Shown one piece after another: positions 6,700 to 11,339 of a stretch of DNA of 11,339 nucleotides. The notes beneath the pieces were generated by a model that saw only the letters and a program-made list of their open reading frames with translations, had not been told where the DNA came from and did no database searches. The DNA comes from Fidelibacterota bacterium (GTDB taxonomy: Bacteria > Fidelibacterota > Marinisomatia > SCGC-AAA003-L08 > TS1B11). Location of the stretch: the NCBI GenBank assembly GCA_041862535.1, contig JBGVTM010000280.1, forward strand, positions 1-11,339, written 5' to 3'. A program made the position numbers and the translations under genes. Each line of letters begins with the position of its first letter. The first letter of the stretch is position 1.

Positions 6700-8015
6700 T
6701 TATAAGACCCCTCATAGCCGCGCTTATCTTCTGTATGTCCCTGACGGGTCAGGACCTGCCTGAGCTGCCCGAATTGCCCAGGCTGCCGGAAATGCCAGCG
6801 CTACCGGAAATTCCGGAACTGCCTCAGATCCTCGAACTCCGTGACTACCACGGAAAGATCCAGGGCGTGGTGGTTCACCGCCTGGATGTGAAGCCCCGGG
6901 CCACCCTGGTCATGAAAGCCCTCCGGGGAGATGTGATTATGCAGGGCACCGACGTCCATCGAATTGTGATTGAAGAGGAGATCACCGTCAAAACCAAGGA
7001 TAAGCAGTGGGCCCAGGAAGTCATCGACAAGCTCAAGGGGGAACTGCGTCCCCCCGCTTCCGAAGGTGAGCCCTATATTTTCCAAGTAGGCAAATGGGGG
7101 GACCGGGACGTTTCGTTCTACTATAAGGCACGGGTGCCGAAAACTTTTAATGTCATCATCCATTCTTATGGCGGTGATATCGACCTGGCGGAGCTCCAGG
7201 GTGACCTGGAGGTCAAGACGGGGGGCGGGGATGTGGCCCTGTCCAACGCCAGCGGCAAAATCATGCTCGGTACAAAGGGCGGTGATATCGACCTGTTCAA
7301 AGTGGAGGGTCAGATCGAGCTGGTATCGGAAGGTGGTGACATTGAAGGCCGCCATGTCCAGGGTAAGGCCAAGGTCCGCACCAGCGGCGGCGACATCGAT
7401 TTTTTCAACAGTAAAGGGAACTATGATTTCAACACCGGCGGTGGCGATATCAGCCTGCAGGATCTGGAAGGGAGTGACATCGAGGCCCGTACTGGCGGCG
7501 GCGAAATCAGCGTGCAAAATATTACCGCAGAGCTCAACCTCATGACCGGTGGTGGCGACATTGAGATCGAAAACCTGCGGGGCGGTTTGGGAGCGGCCAG
7601 CGGCGGCGGCGACCTCACCCTCCGACGTATAATTGGCGATGCCGTACTATTCACCGGCGCCGGAGACGTCTGGATCAACCGGATAACCGGAGCCGTGCGC
7701 ACAAAATCCGATAACGGGGATATCGAAGTCCGCGAAATGACCCTGGAGGACCCCGGTAAATCAGAGTCCACCTTCACCGCCAGCCACGGGAATGTATATG
7801 TGAACTTCAATACCGAAAAGCCGGTGGATATCACCGCCAGGATCCTGGGGTACTCACCCCACTATGCCATCGACTACATCAACAGTAACGTGAAACTTGA
7901 GTATAGCAAAGAAGACGGCAATACCGTGGGGACCTATACAACCGACCAACCGTTCCACCGTATGGTCATCGAGACTACGGAGGGCAAGATCAAAATTAGG
8001 AAAGGAGAGGAATAA
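6696..8015 (+). CDS. Secreted DUF4097/'toastrack'-like beta-solenoid repeat protein (LiaG/YvlB-like putative adhesin) with N-terminal (x-L-P)8 linker
   Basis: 439 aa. The signal peptide is 'MIIRPLIAALIFCMSLTG'. 'DLPELPELPRLPEMPALPEIPELPQ' is encoded by 9-nt repeats at 6756-6827. It is followed by at least 12 repeats of a roughly 18-22 aa unit centred on G-G-D-I/V (GGDIDL, GGGDVAL, GGDIDLF, GGDIEG, GGDIDFF, GGGDISL, GGGEISV, GGGDIEI, GGGDLTL, GAGDVWI, NGDIEV...). It is translationally coupled to both flanking genes. Confidence 0.7.
   Translation: MIIRPLIAALIFCMSLTGQDLPELPELPRLPEMPALPEIPELPQILELRDYHGKIQGVVVHRLDVKPRATLVMKALRGDVIMQGTDVHRIVIEEEITVKTKDKQWAQEVIDKLKGELRPPASEGEPYIFQVGKWGDRDVSFYYKARVPKTFNVIIHSYGGDIDLAELQGDLEVKTGGGDVALSNASGKIMLGTKGGDIDLFKVEGQIELVSEGGDIEGRHVQGKAKVRTSGGDIDFFNSKGNYDFNTGGGDISLQDLEGSDIEARTGGGEISVQNITAELNLMTGGGDIEIENLRGGLGAASGGGDLTLRRIIGDAVLFTGAGDVWINRITGAVRTKSDNGDIEVREMTLEDPGKSESTFTASHGNVYVNFNTEKPVDITARILGYSPHYAIDYINSNVKLEYSKEDGNTVGTYTTDQPFHRMVIETTEGKIKIRKGEE
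6756..6827 (+). repeat. In-frame tandem 9-nt repeat encoding eight (E/R/A/Q)-(L/M/I)-P tripeptides
   Basis: ctg cct gag / ctg ccc gaa / ttg ccc agg / ctg ccg gaa / atg cca gcg / cta ccg gaa / att ccg gaa / ctg cct cag. Confidence 0.8.
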
Positions 8016-8018
8016 GCC

Positions 8019-9578
8019 ATGCGTGCGCTATTCTCACCCACCGGCATATTGGTCCTCTTCCTTCTCACCTGGTTACCGGCCCAGGAACAGGCCGAAGGCG
8101 AGCAGGCAGTCGAGACCAAAGTAACCCCCTCCGGTGAGGTCAAGATTTTTAACGACCTAGTTATTTCCGAAGGCGAGGTTCGCTCCGGCGCCATCCGGAT
8201 TATCGGCGGTAACCTCACCGTAGCCGGCAAGGTCACCGGGCGCATTACCGTCCTGGGCGGCGATGTGGAGCTGTTGCCCACTGCCCAGGTAGAGGGTACC
8301 ATCGTGGCCCTCGGGGGGACTATCCATCGCAGCGAGGAGGCCCAGGTGACCGGCGAGGTCCTGGAGGTCAACCGCGGCAAGATCAGCCTCAGCCGTGAAG
8401 AAGCCAAGGATATTTTCGGCTATGACGAGTCTCGCGATAAGCGCATCGAGTGGCGGGCAAAGGATGAAGAACACGAGTGGGAGACTATCGAAGTCGAGGG
8501 TGAAAAACCCCTCTGGCAGCCCTACGACCGGCGGCGCATCCAACCCGATTTCGAAATCCCCCCTGACAAAGTCCGCTATAACCGCGCCGAAGGCTTGGCC
8601 ATCTATGTCCCCTTCCATCCGGATACCGACGATATCCCCGGGTTCCATCTCCAGGGCGTAGTCGGCTACACTTTTGGCGCGAATACGTGGTATGGCCGCC
8701 TGGGTCTCGGTGAATACTTCTGGCGGGGACGGATCGGCCTCCTGGTGGAAGGCCATAAAGAAGCCCGCAACGACGACAGTTGGCGGGTCACTCCCAAGGA
8801 GAACTCCCTGGGCGCCTTCCTAATTCACAAGGACTGGTACGACTGGTATGAAGCCGAGGGCTGGGGCGGTTCCCTGGTACTGGGCCTGCCCCCCTTGGTC
8901 GAACTCAAGGCCCGCTACCGGAACGAGCAACATCGCATTATGGACAATGGCGCTGAATGGAGCCTGTTCAAACAGGATCGACGGTTCCGGCCCGCCTACG
9001 ATATCAGTGCTGGAAAAGACGTCAACCTGCAGTACCAGCTGTCCCTGGGCCGGCCCGTCGGCTATTTCCCCAGGGGCATCCGGTTCAACCTGTCCTATGC
9101 CCACACTCAGACCCTGGCCAACGGCGGCAGCGACTTCGACTATGCCAGGGAAGACGTGACCGGTGAGGCTTTCATTCGCCTCCACACCCGGCTGGGTATC
9201 CGGCTCACCGGCCGCACCGGTGCCATCGAGGGCGACAACTACGGCCTGCAGCACCAGGTCCCGTTGGGCGGCCTTGGCTCCGTCCAGGGCTACGACTACA
9301 AGTCCATCTTTGCCGACATCGATAACCACTACGCCGTGATTAACGCCATGTTCTCCCTCAGAAAACGCGATGGACTGTTCAGCCTTCACTGGCACTATGG
9401 CGCTTCCTGGCAAAGCGACGCCCAACTCTTCACCAGCGACCACTTCGAGTATCCAATTGAGCATGGCTATCATGCGGTGGGACTCAGCGCCAGTGGCGAC
9501 GATTTCCGGATCGAACTCTTCCGACCGCTCAGAGAGGGCAGGGACTGGGTCTTCTACCTGAGGATTCTCGATTTTTAA
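8019..9578 (+). CDS. Exported protein: N-terminal bactofilin-like (polymer-forming cytoskeletal, DUF583-type) beta-helix repeats plus C-terminal predicted outer-membrane beta-barrel
   Basis: 519 aa. There is a strong RBS (AAAGGAGAGG). The signal peptide is 'MRALFSPTGILVLFLLTWLPAQ'. At aa about 40-120, 'VISEGEVRSGAIRIIGGNLTVAGKVTGRITVLGGDVELLPTAQVEGTIVALGGTIHRSEEAQVTGEVLEV' shows the G-x-V/I periodic pattern of bactofilin/CcmA beta-helices. The C-terminal roughly 350 aa are rich in alternating aromatic/polar beta-strand segments and Gly-turns. The protein ends in '...WVFYLRILDF', a terminal Phe OMP signature. Confidence 0.5.
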   Translation: MRALFSPTGILVLFLLTWLPAQEQAEGEQAVETKVTPSGEVKIFNDLVISEGEVRSGAIRIIGGNLTVAGKVTGRITVLGGDVELLPTAQVEGTIVALGGTIHRSEEAQVTGEVLEVNRGKISLSREEAKDIFGYDESRDKRIEWRAKDEEHEWETIEVEGEKPLWQPYDRRRIQPDFEIPPDKVRYNRAEGLAIYVPFHPDTDDIPGFHLQGVVGYTFGANTWYGRLGLGEYFWRGRIGLLVEGHKEARNDDSWRVTPKENSLGAFLIHKDWYDWYEAEGWGGSLVLGLPPLVELKARYRNEQHRIMDNGAEWSLFKQDRRFRPAYDISAGKDVNLQYQLSLGRPVGYFPRGIRFNLSYAHTQTLANGGSDFDYAREDVTGEAFIRLHTRLGIRLTGRTGAIEGDNYGLQHQVPLGGLGSVQGYDYKSIFADIDNHYAVINAMFSLRKRDGLFSLHWHYGASWQSDAQLFTSDHFEYPIEHGYHAVGLSASGDDFRIELFRPLREGRDWVFYLRILDF

Positions 9579-9588
9579 GGAGCAAGCC

Positions 9589-10479
9589 ATGAAACGCATT
9601 CTCCGGTATTCACCACTTCTCCTATGCTTATCGGTGGCTCTCGCCTGGCCCCGTCCGGAGCCCGGTCGAAGGAACCCGGATGAGCGCACCATCCTGACCA
9701 TCGACGAAGCCCTGGCCGACAACGTGGAACGGATGGAGGTCAATGTGGAGTTCGGCTTAGGCGAAATCCGTGTCGAGCGGGGCAACCCGGCCAAGGCGGT
9801 CACCGGCTATATCCAGTACGATGAAGACTACATCAGTCCCAAAGTTGAATATGAAGTGAAAGGGAACGTGGCCCGCTTCCAATTGACGACCAAAAGCCAG
9901 CACCGTGGCTGGGAGGGCATATCGATGCGCGATATGGACTCGCCTGAAAGCGAACTCTATTTCACCACCCGCGTCCCGCTGGAAGTGGACTTTTCCTGCG
10001 GCCTGGGTGAGGCCAACCTGGACCTGGGCTACCTGAAGGTAATGGACCTCAAGCTGGACAATGGCCTGGGCGAGACTACCCTCGATTTCTCCACGCCTAA
10101 CGGGGTGGAGCTGCGCCGGATTGACGTGGATAACGGACTGGGTGAGCTGGTGGCCCATAATCTAGCCAACGCCAAGACCGAACGGCTCAAGTTCGATTGC
10201 GGCCTGGGCTCAGCCGAGCTCGACTTCAGCGGCGAAACCCTCAAGGATATGTCCGTGGACGTGAACGTCGGGCTGGGCAGCGTGACCCTGCGGATCCCCC
10301 GCGGCTATAACGTGGAGATGGAAGCCGAGGAGAACTTCCTCTCAACCATCGATACCAACGACATGGTCAAAAAGGGCCGCGGCCTGTATCGCAGCGAAAA
10401 TTATGACCCCTCCCGGCCCACCCTGCGCATTACCGCCTCGGTGGGACTGGGCAGCATCGATATCAATTGGACTGACTGA
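9589..10479 (+). CDS. Secreted repeat protein with seven G-L-G-(E/S) motifs (toastrack/DUF4097-like or LiaF-C-like beta-solenoid)
   Basis: 296 aa. The RBS is AAGGAG. The signal peptide is 'MKRILRYSPLLLCLSVALAWP'. Repeated units are 'EFGLGEIRVE', 'SCGLGEANLDLG', 'DNGLGETTLDFS', 'DNGLGELVAHNL', 'DCGLGSAELDFSG', 'NVGLGSVTLRIP' and 'SVGLGSIDINW', spaced about 20-30 aa apart. Confidence 0.55.
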   Translation: MKRILRYSPLLLCLSVALAWPRPEPGRRNPDERTILTIDEALADNVERMEVNVEFGLGEIRVERGNPAKAVTGYIQYDEDYISPKVEYEVKGNVARFQLTTKSQHRGWEGISMRDMDSPESELYFTTRVPLEVDFSCGLGEANLDLGYLKVMDLKLDNGLGETTLDFSTPNGVELRRIDVDNGLGELVAHNLANAKTERLKFDCGLGSAELDFSGETLKDMSVDVNVGLGSVTLRIPRGYNVEMEAEENFLSTIDTNDMVKKGRGLYRSENYDPSRPTLRITASVGLGSIDINWTD

Positions 10480-10494
10480 ACCCTGATTGCAGCA

Positions 10495-10544
10495 GGCGGC
10501 TAAAGTAGTGGGGAATCCTTTCTACCGTAGCCGTCTCTTTTTAT
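10495..10544 (+). terminator. Intrinsic terminator of the sigma-factor operon, between convergent genes
   Basis: GGCGGCTAAAGTAG (10495-10508) pairs with CTACCGTAGCCGTC (10522-10535), with a 2-nt internal mismatch. It is followed by TCTTTTTAT (10536-10544). It lies 16 nt after stop 10477-10479. Confidence 0.5.
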
Positions 10545-10599
10545 CCCCCCAGCGAAAGCTCCACCTCAATACCACTGACAGGAAGCTGGAATGCCGCTA

Positions 10600-11339
10600 T
10601 CAGGGTACCACGTATTTAAGGATACCCCCGCGATAATCCAGTGCCCAGCCGTGCTCGGCGTCGGTGAAATAAATATCCTGAAAAAACAATCCCTCTTCTT
10701 CAGATTGCAGACTCCAGGTGCATCCACCGTCGGTGGTATGAAATATCGTATCGGTGGATGGCAGCTCTGCCCACTGCTTTCCTATCGTCCATCCCGTCAG
10801 ATTATCAACAAAGTGAATCGACTTAAAATACTGAATGAAAAGAGAATTTTGACAAATCCAGGTATCCCCGCCGTCGGTCGTGTAGAAAATAGCTGTGCTG
10901 TCTATCGCTACCTCACTGAATGTTAATGTCGCGATCCAGCCATGCTGCTCATCGGTGAAAAATAGATCGGTGGGCTCGAACGGGTTATATTGCCTTCCGG
11001 GACAGGTCAGTTGTAACGGCGCCGAGGTCCATCTGGCACCGCCGTTTGTAGTCTTGAGGAAAGTAAGGCCGGGTAAAACCGCAAATCCTACCTCCTCGTC
11101 GATAAACGAAAGGCACTTCGCGCCTCCTGTTGATTCCGAGCGCGTTTGAATATTCCAGGATGCTCCTCCATTTCCCGTTTGTAGAATCTCTCCAAAATTG
11201 CTTACCAACCAGCCCGTACATCCATCAGCAAAGTAAATGTCATAGTATATTTTTGCCGTATCATTTTCTATAGATTGTAAGGTCCACGATCTTCCGCCAT
11301 CGGTCGTGTGGATAATCGTATTGTTGTATCCTGCGGCCC
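10600..11339 (-). CDS. BNR/Asp-box repeat beta-propeller protein (Ycf48/sialidase-like fold); 5' end outside the window
   Basis: The minus-strand frame is open from 11337 down to stop TGA (complement of 10600-10602). The tool's 'M' at 11208 is an internal TTG (Leu) codon. Repeated S/T-x-D-G-G-x-(T/S)-W Asp-boxes: HTTDGGRSW, TGNGGASW, TTNGGARW, TTDGGDTW, TTDGGCTW. Confidence 0.75.
   Translation of the reverse strand, partial: AAGYNNTIIHTTDGGRSWTLQSIENDTAKIYYDIYFADGCTGWLVSNFGEILQTGNGGASWNIQTRSESTGGAKCLSFIDEEVGFAVLPGLTFLKTTNGGARWTSAPLQLTCPGRQYNPFEPTDLFFTDEQHGWIATLTFSEVAIDSTAIFYTTDGGDTWICQNSLFIQYFKSIHFVDNLTGWTIGKQWAELPSTDTIFHTTDGGCTWSLQSEEEGLFFQDIYFTDAEHGWALDYRGGILKYVVP

Noticed and set aside
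7167-7710. Periodic nucleotide repeats (ggcggtgatatcgacctg and relatives) that could be mistaken for a CRISPR-like array
   Set aside because: The repeats are in-frame and encode the GGDI protein motif. Spacing and 'spacer' lengths follow codon periodicity, and the region has a continuous ORF with signal peptide and RBS. It is not a CRISPR.
8820-9803. Long antisense ORFs: 8820-9803(-) 327 aa, 8157-8756(-), 6801-7517(-), 7421-7834(-), 5755-6360(-), 4057-4437(-), 2226-2699(-), 2904-3311(-)
   Set aside because: All lie opposite strongly supported + strand genes. They have Ala/Gly/Arg/Pro-rich low-complexity translations typical of stop-poor reverse frames in about 60% GC DNA. They have no RBS and no recognisable motifs.

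Overview
High-GC window from an uncultured, apparently diderm bacterium. No tRNA, rRNA, CRISPR or mobile-element signatures were found. Features in order: (i) the 3' end of an AmrS-type radical-SAM gene; (ii) a classical family-1 encapsulin locus (EncFtn ferritin-like cargo with a C-terminal GIGALK targeting peptide, then the shell protein) followed by a PF00756-family esterase; (iii) the housekeeping genes rplU-rpmA and mdh, each ending in a hairpin terminator; (iv) after a 345-bp AT-richer leader, a tightly coupled five-gene operon: ECF sigma factor -> single-pass anti-sigma candidate with a periplasmic HEAT-repeat domain -> three signal-peptide proteins made of repetitive beta-solenoid-like motifs (a GGDI DUF4097/toastrack-type protein with an (x-L-P)8 spacer; a bactofilin-like beta-helix fused to a predicted outer-membrane beta-barrel ending in Phe; a GLGE/S-repeat protein); (v) a convergent BNR/Asp-box beta-propeller gene running off the window end. 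The sigma-linked envelope module is the most likely uncharacterised system here. Secondary observations: a promoter plus a GTGAT-CC-ATCAC palindrome upstream of the encapsulin operon; an RBS-sequestering hairpin before the esterase gene; a histone-H1-like lysine-rich tail on bL21; tandem GGCTAAN heptamers upstream of the sigma gene.
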